From an uncultured Bacilli bacterium (GTDB lineage: Bacteria; Bacillota_I; Bacilli_A; RF39; UBA660): a stretch of 64,000 nt of DNA. A program made the translations under genes and the position numbers. This document shows positions 10,289 to 19,052 of this stretch, in pieces. The notes beneath the pieces were generated by a model. The model did no database searches and was not told the origin of the DNA. It worked only from the letters and a program-made list of their open reading frames with translations. Numbering within the stretch: position 1 is the first letter of the stretch; each line of letters begins with the position of its first letter. The stretch lies in assembly GCA_947629655.1 (NCBI GenBank), contig CANREL010000004.1:13577-77576 (forward strand), in the 5' to 3' direction.

Positions 10289-11491
10289 ATGAAGAAGTTA
10301 GTTTTAATAATTTTGAGTTTATTAATTCTTTTACCAATAAAAAGTTATGCCTTAGTAGATGGTTATGAAGATGTCGTTCACGATGAAGTAGGAGTCGAGA
10401 CTAAAGAAGATGTTGTCAACATATATCTTTTTTATGGTGATGGTTGTCCCCATTGTGCCAAAGAAGAAAAACTTTTAAATCAATTGGAAGAAAAATATGG
10501 TGGACAGATAAAAGTCTATAGTTATGAGACTTGGAATAGTACTAAAAATAAAAATTTAATGATTAAAATAAAAAAGGAAAATGGTATAAATACTAGACTT
10601 GAAGGAGTTCCTTTCACAGTAATTGGCAAAAAGACTTATGTCGGTTATTCGGATTGGGTAGGAACTGAGTTGGAAAAGCAAATTAGATACAATCTAGAAC
10701 TTGATGATATAAGTGAAGAAGAAACAGTCATTCAAAAAAATAAAGTTCATATTCCGTTACTAGGGGACGTCAATGCTACTGATACAGCTGTTGGTGTTGC
10801 AGCAGTCATTTTAGGATTTGTCGATGGTTTCAATCCATGTGCTATGTGGGTATTGCTTTTCATCATAAGTATGTTATTTGGAATGAAGGATAGAAAGAAA
10901 ATGTTTATTTTAGGTTTTGCTTTTCTATTCACTTCGGCACTTTTCTATTTTTTATCAATGATTGGTATTAATATTGTCTTAGATTTTCTTTCAACTGATA
11001 AGATAAGAAGTTTAATTGGTCTTGTTGCAATCATCTTTGGTATTTACAATTTATATGTCTATTTTCGTGATCGTAAACTTGAAGATGGATGTCAAGTTGT
11101 CGATGATAAAAGGAGAAAGAACATAATAGCGAAAGTTAAAAAGATTAAAAATGCTAGAAATTTTTTCATAGCTTTAGGTGGAATAATCCTTTTAGCGATA
11201 TCAGTAAACATGGTAGAACTTGCTTGTAGTGCCGGTTTTCCAATGATATTTAATGAGGTCATGATCGCTAATGAAGTCGATGGTTTTTTAAGAATTATCT
11301 ATTTATTAATATATGTCTTTTTCTACATGATAGATGATATGGTAGTATTTACTATTTCGATGTGTACGTTGTCAATTGCGGGCATGACTACGAAATATAA
11401 TAAATTGATTAAGATCATTGGTGGGATATTGATGTTACTGATGGGAATCTTATTAATATTCAAACCGGAATGGATAATGTTAAATTTTTAA
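10289..11491 (+). CDS. exported thioredoxin-fold domain fused to a CcdA/DsbD-like thiol-disulfide transporter
   Basis: Signal peptide and CPHC motif, then ~6 TM helices carrying FNPCAMW and ELACSAGFP, the two membrane Cys motifs typical of CcdA. Confidence 0.7.
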   Translation: MKKLVLIILSLLILLPIKSYALVDGYEDVVHDEVGVETKEDVVNIYLFYGDGCPHCAKEEKLLNQLEEKYGGQIKVYSYETWNSTKNKNLMIKIKKENGINTRLEGVPFTVIGKKTYVGYSDWVGTELEKQIRYNLELDDISEEETVIQKNKVHIPLLGDVNATDTAVGVAAVILGFVDGFNPCAMWVLLFIISMLFGMKDRKKMFILGFAFLFTSALFYFLSMIGINIVLDFLSTDKIRSLIGLVAIIFGIYNLYVYFRDRKLEDGCQVVDDKRRKNIIAKVKKIKNARNFFIALGGIILLAISVNMVELACSAGFPMIFNEVMIANEVDGFLRIIYLLIYVFFYMIDDMVVFTISMCTLSIAGMTTKYNKLIKIIGGILMLLMGILLIFKPEWIMLNF

Positions 11492-11515
11492 AGTAAACTA
11501 TGTTTACTTTTTTTA
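11492..11515 (+). terminator. rho-independent terminator
   Basis: Hairpin agtaaac/tat/gtttact followed by a T-run. Confidence 0.7.
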
Positions 11516-11547
11516 TTTTTTCTTGATACAATTATAATGGTGATAGT

Positions 11548-11796
11548 ATGAGAGATGAAAAATTTACAATCGAGGTCGATGGTAAAATTATTGATTGTGA
11601 AGCTTTTTTAACTTTTACGCATAATGGTGATAATTTTATCGTTTTTACAGATCATGAATTAGATATGGAAAATGAAGAACGATTGATTGCTTCTAAATAC
11701 GTATTGAATGATGGAAAAGTTGTTCTTTTAGGAGAACTTAGTGATGAAGAATACGATTTAGTTGAAAAAGAAATGGAGAAGTTTATCAATGGATAA
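11548..11796 (+). CDS. DUF1292-like small acidic protein
   Basis: An 82-aa protein with the pattern of a short beta-rich N-terminus and an acidic C-terminus (FTIEVDGK...FIVFTDHELD...EEYDLVEKE). Confidence 0.55.
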   Translation: MRDEKFTIEVDGKIIDCEAFLTFTHNGDNFIVFTDHELDMENEERLIASKYVLNDGKVVLLGELSDEEYDLVEKEMEKFING

Positions 11797-13063
11797 AAAT
11801 ACGATTGTCGTAGGAATCAATGGTGATAATATCTATGCTTGTGATGTCGTTGATGGCGTTTGGTATTACTATACAGAGCTAGAGATGAAGAGTTTATTAC
11901 AAGAATTAAAAGGTGTTCATTTCTCAGGTGTGACAGTAGATAAAAATGGTGATGTTACTTTTACTAGTGATGATGAAAAAATACTTTTTGGCAACATGGA
12001 TAAATTAAAAGAACATGATGCATTTAAAGATATTTATTTACATTTAAAAGAAGAGAGCGATAAAATTGTTAAAAATGCTCAAAAAGAAAAGTTAAAACAG
12101 CGAAAACATCATCGATTGACGAGACTTGCTGCTTTTACTATGGCCGCTTTTATAAGTTTACCAGGTTCGGTCGATGAAAGTTTGATACGAAGTAATGGAT
12201 TCAATTATATCGATCAGTATTTGACTTTAGATTTTGAAAATATAAAAGATAGTGAATTTTCACTTGGAGAACTCGATACAAGAGTATTACAAGGAATTTG
12301 TACAGTTGGTGAAAATACTTTTATAACAGCATATGATTCTAGTGATGATCGCGATAAATCAGTTGTCTACATTCTCGATAAAGACAATAATTGCATTAAT
12401 GAAAAATATTTATATAACAATAGTCATGTCGGTGGAATATGTTATGATGATGAGAATGAGATCTTTTGGATAACTGATAAAAATGGAACGATTAGCGGTT
12501 ATACTTATGATGCACTTTTTTATGACAAAGATGAAATTTGTACTCCTAAATTTAAACAGATTGATGTTGGAAGTGAGGATTTAATCAATTATCAAGGCAT
12601 TCCATCAGTTGGATATATTGCTTATCACAAGGGAAAAATATTCGTTGGTAATTTTGCGATTGATGGTAGTGGTATATTGAAGTCTTTTGATATCAAAAAA
12701 AATGGTAGTATCGATATTGAAAGTTGTAAAAAAGCGAAATTCTTTAATAAAGTTCAGGGAATATCTTTTTATGAAAAGAATGATGAGACGTATTTATTAG
12801 CTAGTGTTTCTTATGGAAAATATAGCGAATCTGATCTTTTAGTTTTAAAATATGATGAAGATTGTAATGACTATACCAAAAAAGTGACAACTAGTTGTAA
12901 GATGCCACCAATGATGGAACAGATAACATTTAATGATAATGGTAAATTGATGACTCTATATGAATCAAATGCCATCAAATATAAAACAGCATTTAGGAAT
13001 AATAGTGATGTCGTCGTTACTAATCTTGATAAAGTAGTAGATCAAGTTTTTAAATCATTATAG
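11789..13063 (+). CDS. hypothetical single-pass membrane protein with a beta-rich extracytoplasmic domain
   Basis: I prefer the ATG at 11789 (RBS GGAGAAG; ATGGATAA overlap with the upstream stop) over the track start at 11762. It has one TM helix (LTRLAAFTMAAFISLPG). No motif recognised. Confidence 0.55.
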   Translation: MDKNTIVVGINGDNIYACDVVDGVWYYYTELEMKSLLQELKGVHFSGVTVDKNGDVTFTSDDEKILFGNMDKLKEHDAFKDIYLHLKEESDKIVKNAQKEKLKQRKHHRLTRLAAFTMAAFISLPGSVDESLIRSNGFNYIDQYLTLDFENIKDSEFSLGELDTRVLQGICTVGENTFITAYDSSDDRDKSVVYILDKDNNCINEKYLYNNSHVGGICYDDENEIFWITDKNGTISGYTYDALFYDKDEICTPKFKQIDVGSEDLINYQGIPSVGYIAYHKGKIFVGNFAIDGSGILKSFDIKKNGSIDIESCKKAKFFNKVQGISFYEKNDETYLLASVSYGKYSESDLLVLKYDEDCNDYTKKVTTSCKMPPMMEQITFNDNGKLMTLYESNAIKYKTAFRNNSDVVVTNLDKVVDQVFKSL

Positions 13064-13112
13064 ATATTTTTATTCAATTATTATATAATTTATTTTTGTG
13101 AGGAGTGATTTT

Positions 13113-14537
13113 ATGGCAAATGAAGTAAAAGAAATAACTAGTCGTGATGTCGATTTTGCTAAGTGGTATACCGATGTCGTCAAGAAAGCTGATTTAGTTG
13201 ATTATTCATCAGTTAAGGGAAGTATGATTATTAGACCATATGGTTATGCGATATGGGAAAACATTCAAAAAATATTAGATGAAGAATTTAAAAAGACAGG
13301 ACATGAAAATGTTCAAATGCCGATGTTCATTCCAGAGAGTTTACTAAATGTGGAAAAAGAGCACGTCCAAGGTTTTGCTCCTGAAGTTGCTTGGGTTACA
13401 CATGGTGGAAGTGAAAAGTTGGAAGAGAGAATGTGCGTTCGACCAACTAGTGAAGTTTTATTCTGTGATCATTTCAAAAAGATAATAAAGTCATATCGTG
13501 ATTTACCAATTTTATACAATCAATGGTGTACGATTGTCAGATGGGAAAAGACAACTCGTCCTTTCTTGAGAAGTCGTGAAATATTATGGCAAGAGGGACA
13601 TACGATGCACGCTACAGAAGAAGATGCTAGAAATGAGACTTTGCGAATGTTAAAAGTCTATGAAGATTTTCAAAGAAATATTTTGGCACTTCCCGTAATT
13701 GTTGGTAAGAAAACTGATAAAGAAAAATTTGCTGGTGCTTTAGAGAGCTATACATTGGAAGCTATGATGTATGATGGTGTAGCTTTACAAAATGGAACGA
13801 GTCATTATTTTGGTAATGGTTTTGCCAAAGCTTTTGGAATAGAATTTTTAAATAAAGAGAATAAAATGGTCAATCCATATCAGACGTCATGGGGTACGAC
13901 AACACGTATGATTGGAGCTATTATAATGACTCATGGTGATGATAACGGTTTAGTTCTACCACCTAATATCGCACCATTTAAAACAATTGTCATTCCGATT
14001 GGTAAGGACGAAAAAGTTTTACAAAAAGCAGATGAAATAAAAAATTTATTAATTGATAATAACATATCTAGTAAAATCGATTTAACAGATAAGACTCCAG
14101 GGTTCAAATTCGCTGAAGCTGAAGTTAAAGGTTACCCAATTCGTGTGGAAGTTGGACCAAGGGATCTTGCTAATGATCTAGTAACTTTAGTAAGACGAGA
14201 TACTCTTGAAAAAATCCAAGTAAAAATAGAAGATGTCTTGATGGAAGTAAGTAATTTATTAGTCGATATTCAAAGAAATTTATATGATCGTGCTTTGAAA
14301 AGACGTGATTCTATGATCTATGAAGCTCACAATTATGAAGAGTTTACAGATATAGCTAATAATAAGTCAGGATTCATCAAAACGAATTGGTGTGGAGATG
14401 TAGCTTGTGAAAATAAGATTAAAGATGATTTTGGAATTAAATCGCGTTGTTTAATTGAAGATGAAGAAGTAAATGGTCCTTGTGTTTGTTGTGGAATAGA
14501 AGCAAGATATCGAATTTATTTCGGAAGACAATACTAA
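13113..14537 (+). CDS. proS: prolyl-tRNA synthetase, archaeal/eukaryotic-type
   Basis: Class II aaRS core, a C-terminal Cys cluster (CGDVAC...CVCC) and a terminal Tyr (FGRQY). The ATG at 13113 follows GAGGAG. Confidence 0.9.
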   Translation: MANEVKEITSRDVDFAKWYTDVVKKADLVDYSSVKGSMIIRPYGYAIWENIQKILDEEFKKTGHENVQMPMFIPESLLNVEKEHVQGFAPEVAWVTHGGSEKLEERMCVRPTSEVLFCDHFKKIIKSYRDLPILYNQWCTIVRWEKTTRPFLRSREILWQEGHTMHATEEDARNETLRMLKVYEDFQRNILALPVIVGKKTDKEKFAGALESYTLEAMMYDGVALQNGTSHYFGNGFAKAFGIEFLNKENKMVNPYQTSWGTTTRMIGAIIMTHGDDNGLVLPPNIAPFKTIVIPIGKDEKVLQKADEIKNLLIDNNISSKIDLTDKTPGFKFAEAEVKGYPIRVEVGPRDLANDLVTLVRRDTLEKIQVKIEDVLMEVSNLLVDIQRNLYDRALKRRDSMIYEAHNYEEFTDIANNKSGFIKTNWCGDVACENKIKDDFGIKSRCLIEDEEVNGPCVCCGIEARYRIYFGRQY

Positions 14538-14539
14538 TT

Positions 14540-14565
14540 AGAAAGTTTGATACTTTCTTTTTTTT
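14540..14565 (+). terminator. rho-independent terminator
   Basis: Hairpin agaaagt/ttgat/actttct followed by T8. Confidence 0.7.
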
Positions 14566-14614
14566 CGACAAAATTCTTCTCGAAGAGATATTATCATCAT
14601 AATAGGTGATTAAT

Positions 14615-15079
14615 GTGAAGAAAAGACTCATTAGAAGTGTTATAATTCCTCTTTTAGTAGCGATTACGCTAGGGTTTTATGGAGCTAAAATTGCTTATGA
14701 TTTCTATCAGGTAAAAAAGACGATAAGAGAAACTGATTATAATGCTTTTGCTGTGCAGTATGGTGCTTATACCAGTATTGAAACTTTAAAAAAAGGTCTT
14801 GAAGGCATTGATAATTATGTCGTTAGTACTGAAGATGGAAAATATTATGTCTATTTAGGTTTTACGACTAATCCTGATAATCTTTCCAAAATACGTCATC
14901 TATATGAAAAAGAAGATAGGGAAATATATACTAAGAAATTATTCATCAACAATTCAGAATTTGTGAGTAGTCTTGAACAGTTTGACGTCTTACTCGCTAG
15001 TGCTAATGAAGAAGATGATATATCATCGATAAATAATGCTATTTTATCGAGTTATGATGAAATTATTTTAGGTAATTAG
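14615..15079 (+). CDS. membrane-anchored SPOR-like domain protein
   Basis: N-terminal TM helix, then a SPOR-like pattern (FAVQYGAYTSIETLKK...DGKYYVYLGF). The GTG at 14615 follows AGGTGA; the track start at 14606 is the alternative. Confidence 0.5.
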   Translation: MKKRLIRSVIIPLLVAITLGFYGAKIAYDFYQVKKTIRETDYNAFAVQYGAYTSIETLKKGLEGIDNYVVSTEDGKYYVYLGFTTNPDNLSKIRHLYEKEDREIYTKKLFINNSEFVSSLEQFDVLLASANEEDDISSINNAILSSYDEIILGN

Positions 15080-15112
15080 AGAATAATCATTAATAATAAT
15101 ATTGGTGATTAT

Positions 15113-15784
15113 ATGATAAAAGATATACCAATTGCTGAAAGACCACGTGAGCGAGCATTGGATTTAGGAGTAGAAAATTTATCAAATAGTGAATTGTTGT
15201 CAATAATATTGCGAACTGGTACTAATAATAAAAGTGTAAAAGATTTATCTTTAGAAATAATTGATCTAGTTGGTGATATTTCTAATTTTAAGTCCTTAAC
15301 TTTGAACAAATTATTGACAATTAGAGGAATAGGTAGAGTTAAAGCGATTGAATTGATCAGTGTAATTGAGTTTTCTAAAAGAATATATTTAGGTAATAAC
15401 AAGAGTCACATAAAAATAAGTTCAGTTAATGATGTCGTTAATAATTATAAAAACTTATTTTTTAACGTCAAACAAGAGATGTTTTATTGCCTTTATTTAA
15501 ATAATAAAAATGTGGTAATTGAAAGGAAATTGTTATTTATGGGAACTATTAATCGAAGTGTAGTACATCCACGTGAAATATTTAAAAACGCTTATCTATG
15601 CAGTGCTTCGGGAATCATTTGTATGCACAATCATCCAAGTGGTGATATCACTCCTTCAATTGAAGATAAAAGACTTACGAAAACTTTAGTCGATATTGGT
15701 AAAATTCAAAATATTCCCATTCTTGATCACGTCATAATTGGGGAAGATAATTATTTCAGTTTTATGGAGAGTGGTCTATTATGA
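15113..15784 (+). CDS. radC: RadC-family JAMM protein
   Basis: N-terminal helix-hairpin-helix (RGIGRVKA) and the JAMM motif HNHPSGD. Confidence 0.9.
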   Translation: MIKDIPIAERPRERALDLGVENLSNSELLSIILRTGTNNKSVKDLSLEIIDLVGDISNFKSLTLNKLLTIRGIGRVKAIELISVIEFSKRIYLGNNKSHIKISSVNDVVNNYKNLFFNVKQEMFYCLYLNNKNVVIERKLLFMGTINRSVVHPREIFKNAYLCSASGIICMHNHPSGDITPSIEDKRLTKTLVDIGKIQNIPILDHVIIGEDNYFSFMESGLL

Positions 15785-16524
15785 AGAGAAAGAAAAAAAG
15801 AATAAAAATTGTCGATTTAAAATATAAAATTATCATCGTAATGACTATTTTAGTAATAGCTATTGCGCTTTTGAGTTATTCTTTTACGAGTGATAATTTG
15901 TACATAACTAGTAGTATCAATAATATTTTTTACTATCCCTTTAACGGTTTGACAAATGATGAAGATATCATCGGTAAAAATATGAATGACGAATTACAAC
16001 AAGAAGTTGCTTCTTTGAAAAAAATTACTAATATCAATAATGTTTTAAGTGATTTTGAAAAGATCAATGGTGTCGTCATATCACGCAATATTGCGTATTG
16101 GCTTGATGATGTCATCGTTAATCGCGGTCAAAAAAATGGGGTTGAAAAGGGAATGGCAGTCGTTGTCAGTGAAGGACTTGTCGGTTATGTCAGTGATGTC
16201 TATGACACGTCTTCAAGAGTTACTCTAATTACTAATAGTTCATATAATAAGACTTCTGTTAGAGTAAATGATATCTATTTGATACTTGAATACGATAGTA
16301 ATAACAATCTCATAATCAATCAACTAGATAATAGTGATAAGATCAAAGTTGGTGATGTTGTCTACACCAGTGGTTTGACTGATAAATTTCCTGCTGGTTT
16401 GACGATTGGATATATTTCTAAAATAGAAGATAACAGTTATGGTACAGGAAAAAAGTTATATGTCGATTTGTATTATGACGTCAACGCTATAAGATATGTA
16501 ACCTTTTTAAAGAGGCAAGTATGA
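15781..16524 (+). CDS. mreC: rod shape-determining protein MreC
   Basis: TM anchor, coiled-coil, GLVGYV and TSGLTDKFPAGLTIG motifs. The start overlaps the radC stop. Confidence 0.85.
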   Translation: MKRKKKRIKIVDLKYKIIIVMTILVIAIALLSYSFTSDNLYITSSINNIFYYPFNGLTNDEDIIGKNMNDELQQEVASLKKITNINNVLSDFEKINGVVISRNIAYWLDDVIVNRGQKNGVEKGMAVVVSEGLVGYVSDVYDTSSRVTLITNSSYNKTSVRVNDIYLILEYDSNNNLIINQLDNSDKIKVGDVVYTSGLTDKFPAGLTIGYISKIEDNSYGTGKKLYVDLYYDVNAIRYVTFLKRQV

Positions 16525-16985
16525 TGAATATAATTGTGACTATTTTATTGTTTTTATCACTAGTTTTAGATTTTTTACTCTCTAATTTCATACCATTTGC
16601 TTTCAATGACATAACTTTTATATATCCCATGTTTTTTGTTGCGACTAATATCGTCTTATGCAAGTACTTAAATAAGAATAATGTATACATATTTCTATTA
16701 TTTGTCATCATCTATTCTTCTCTTGCTTTTAACAATATAATTTTAGGAATAATTGTTTATGCAGTCATCTATACTTTTAATAGATTTACAGATAAAATAG
16801 CGATATATTTACGCTTGGGATTATCAATTGTTCTATATGATCTATTACTATATACAATACTGATAATTTTTAAAGGATATGATTTAAACATCATCTTTTA
16901 TTGGTATAAGTTATCAAGATCAATAATCTTTAATCTTATTTATATGATTATTTTTAATTTAGTTCTAAAAAAAATAAATCCTTAA
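16521..16985 (+). CDS. mreD: rod shape-determining protein MreD
   Basis: Small polytopic membrane protein immediately after mreC, overlapping it by 4 nt. Confidence 0.7.
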   Translation: MMNIIVTILLFLSLVLDFLLSNFIPFAFNDITFIYPMFFVATNIVLCKYLNKNNVYIFLLFVIIYSSLAFNNIILGIIVYAVIYTFNRFTDKIAIYLRLGLSIVLYDLLLYTILIIFKGYDLNIIFYWYKLSRSIIFNLIYMIIFNLVLKKINP

Positions 16986-17007
16986 TATTTTATATTGAGG
17001 TGTTTTT

Positions 17008-17592
17008 ATGGACTATACCGATAGTAAATTTTTAAAAGAAAAAGATCGAGTTAAGAAGAGTGGATTCAAATCTTTCTTTAATAAGATTTTGTTTTGTATC
17101 TTAATATTTTTGATCGCTTTAATAGTTGTTAAAGGTAATCCCAACATAAAAGAAAAATTATATAGTTATATATATGAAAATAATATATCTTTTTCTAAAT
17201 TACATGATTTGTATGATAAATATTTAGGAGGAATTGTTCCTTTTGATAATGTCTTAGTAGATGATACAGTAGCTGTTTTTAAAGAAAATTTGGAGTATGA
17301 AGAGAAAAAAGATTACAATTCAGGAGTTAAATTAGTAGTGGATAACAATTATTTAGTTCCTGTCATTGAAAGTGGTATTGTCGTCTACATTGGCGATAAA
17401 GAAGGTTATGGGAATACAGTTATCATCCAACAAGTGGATGGAGTAGATGCTTGGTATAGTAATGTCGATACTAATATATCTCTATATGATTACGTAGAAA
17501 AAGGATCACTTTTAGGTAATACTAAAGATAATAATTTATATCTATATTTTCAAAAAGATGGAAAATTTATCGATTATAAAGAGTATATCTAA
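17008..17592 (+). CDS. SpoIVFA-like membrane protein with a degenerate M23/LytM domain
   Basis: TM anchor plus an M23-like C-terminus (GIVVYIGDKEGYGNTVIIQQVDG...GSLLG). The metal-binding His residues are replaced (IIQQ for the HxxxD region, LYLYFQ for HLHFE). It sits directly upstream of an M50 protease, as in spoIVFA-spoIVFB. Confidence 0.55.
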   Translation: MDYTDSKFLKEKDRVKKSGFKSFFNKILFCILIFLIALIVVKGNPNIKEKLYSYIYENNISFSKLHDLYDKYLGGIVPFDNVLVDDTVAVFKENLEYEEKKDYNSGVKLVVDNNYLVPVIESGIVVYIGDKEGYGNTVIIQQVDGVDAWYSNVDTNISLYDYVEKGSLLGNTKDNNLYLYFQKDGKFIDYKEYI

Positions 17593-18322
17593 AAAGATTT
17601 ATATTGATTCTTTTTTCTATTTTTTTATTTTGATTTCTTGCCTTACAGCTAATTTTAAAAATTTTTTATTATTTTTTTCCATTATTTTAATCCATGAGAT
17701 GGGTCATTTGATAGTTGGGGTACTTTTGGGATGGAATGTTGATAAAATATGTCTATATCCCTATGGTGGCATGACGCGGTTCAGTGAAGATATAAATAGA
17801 AAAATAAGTGAAGAATTATTAATTTTAATCAGTGGTCCACTAGTTCAAAGCATTTATTTTTTTATTGGTAATGAGTTATTTAAGAGTGCTAGTTTCAATT
17901 ACTATAACATAGCAATCTTATCATTTAATTTACTACCCATATATCCTTTGGATGGTGGTAGAATTCTAAATCTTTTGTTCAATTATTTTTGGTCGTTTAG
18001 AACTAGTTATCACTTATCGATGATAATATCTTTTGGCGTGGCTTTTTTACTACTTTGGATATCTTTAGTAAACGGTTATACTCTTAACATTATTCTAATG
18101 TTTTTAATCGTCATCTCTAAACTTGTAAAAGAGTTTAAAAAGAGGAGATACTATTTCAACAAATTTATTTTAGAGAGATATATGAACAATTATAATTTTT
18201 CAAAGTTAAAAATAATTTCATCAATAAAAAAGATGATGCGCGACTATCGTCACATCATCAAAAATAATGATACTTATTACACCGAAAAAGAATATTTAAA
18301 CAAATTATATCGAAGTAAATGA
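17558..18322 (+). CDS. spoIVFB: M50 site-2 metalloprotease, SpoIVFB-like
   Basis: HEMGH in a TM helix and NLLPIYPLDGGRIL. No C-terminal CBS domain is apparent. The start codon is uncertain because the ORF overlaps the upstream gene by 35 nt. Confidence 0.75.
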   Translation: MENLSIIKSISKKIYIDSFFYFFILISCLTANFKNFLLFFSIILIHEMGHLIVGVLLGWNVDKICLYPYGGMTRFSEDINRKISEELLILISGPLVQSIYFFIGNELFKSASFNYYNIAILSFNLLPIYPLDGGRILNLLFNYFWSFRTSYHLSMIISFGVAFLLLWISLVNGYTLNIILMFLIVISKLVKEFKKRRYYFNKFILERYMNNYNFSKLKIISSIKKMMRDYRHIIKNNDTYYTEKEYLNKLYRSK

Positions 18323-18952
18323 CATTTGAACTTTATCTTTTTCAAGTTCTTTTTCGACTTTCTTTTTATCTATTTTTTTTATGTATTTTAAATAGCACTT
18401 TCCACAAAGAGGAACATATTCAATGTCATCACTTGATCCATCAATGACATTTTGTTCACCAGATGATGTGAATTTACCATTTACTTTACGGGCATTGAAG
18501 CGAGCTTTTTTGCCACAAGTACAAATGGTTTCCAATTCTTTGACGGAATCACATAATTCTAAAAGCCGCTTTGAACCGGGAAAGCTGTTGGTTTGAAAAT
18601 CACTTTTTAATCCAAAACAAATTACGGGTATTTCTAAAGTTTTAGTGATGTACCACAATTCTTCAATTTGTTGTGGTGTTAAAAACTGTACTTCATCTAC
18701 TAAGATACATTCAGCACTTTTAATCTTGGATGAATACTTTTTTTGTAGTAATGGTTCATCTTCTTTTAAAATGATGTCAACTTGTCTTTTAGGACCGATG
18801 CGCGATACTAGATAATCATTACCTTTGGTATCGATTGATGATTTGATGAGAATGACATTTTTATTATTTTCAGTATAGTTATAAGCAACTTGTAGTAACA
18901 TCATACTTTTACCAGAATTCATTGCTCCATAACGAAATTCTAATTTTGCCAT
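18305..18952 (-). CDS. tdk: thymidine kinase
   Basis: Motifs GAMNSGKS and VDEVQF, plus zinc ribbon cysteines (CTCGKKA...CGKC). Confidence 0.92.
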   Translation of the reverse strand: MAKLEFRYGAMNSGKSMMLLQVAYNYTENNKNVILIKSSIDTKGNDYLVSRIGPKRQVDIILKEDEPLLQKKYSSKIKSAECILVDEVQFLTPQQIEELWYITKTLEIPVICFGLKSDFQTNSFPGSKRLLELCDSVKELETICTCGKKARFNARKVNGKFTSSGEQNVIDGSSDDIEYVPLCGKCYLKYIKKIDKKKVEKELEKDKVQMSFTSI

Positions 18953-19052
18953 AAAACCACGCCCCTAATTCTAATTATAAATATCTTTATTTTTTTGTCA
19001 AAGCAATTTTAAAATTTTATTAATAATATTATAATTAGATACATAGAATGGA

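Noticed and set aside
13064-13112. A T-box or other leader riboswitch upstream of proS.
   Set aside because: The intergenic region is only 49 nt and AT-rich, which is far too short for a T-box leader.
18305-18322. The 18-nt convergent overlap of the spoIVFB-like and tdk 3' ends as a regulatory antisense arrangement.
   Set aside because: Short convergent overlaps are common in compact AT-rich genomes. No hairpin or other structure supports a special role.
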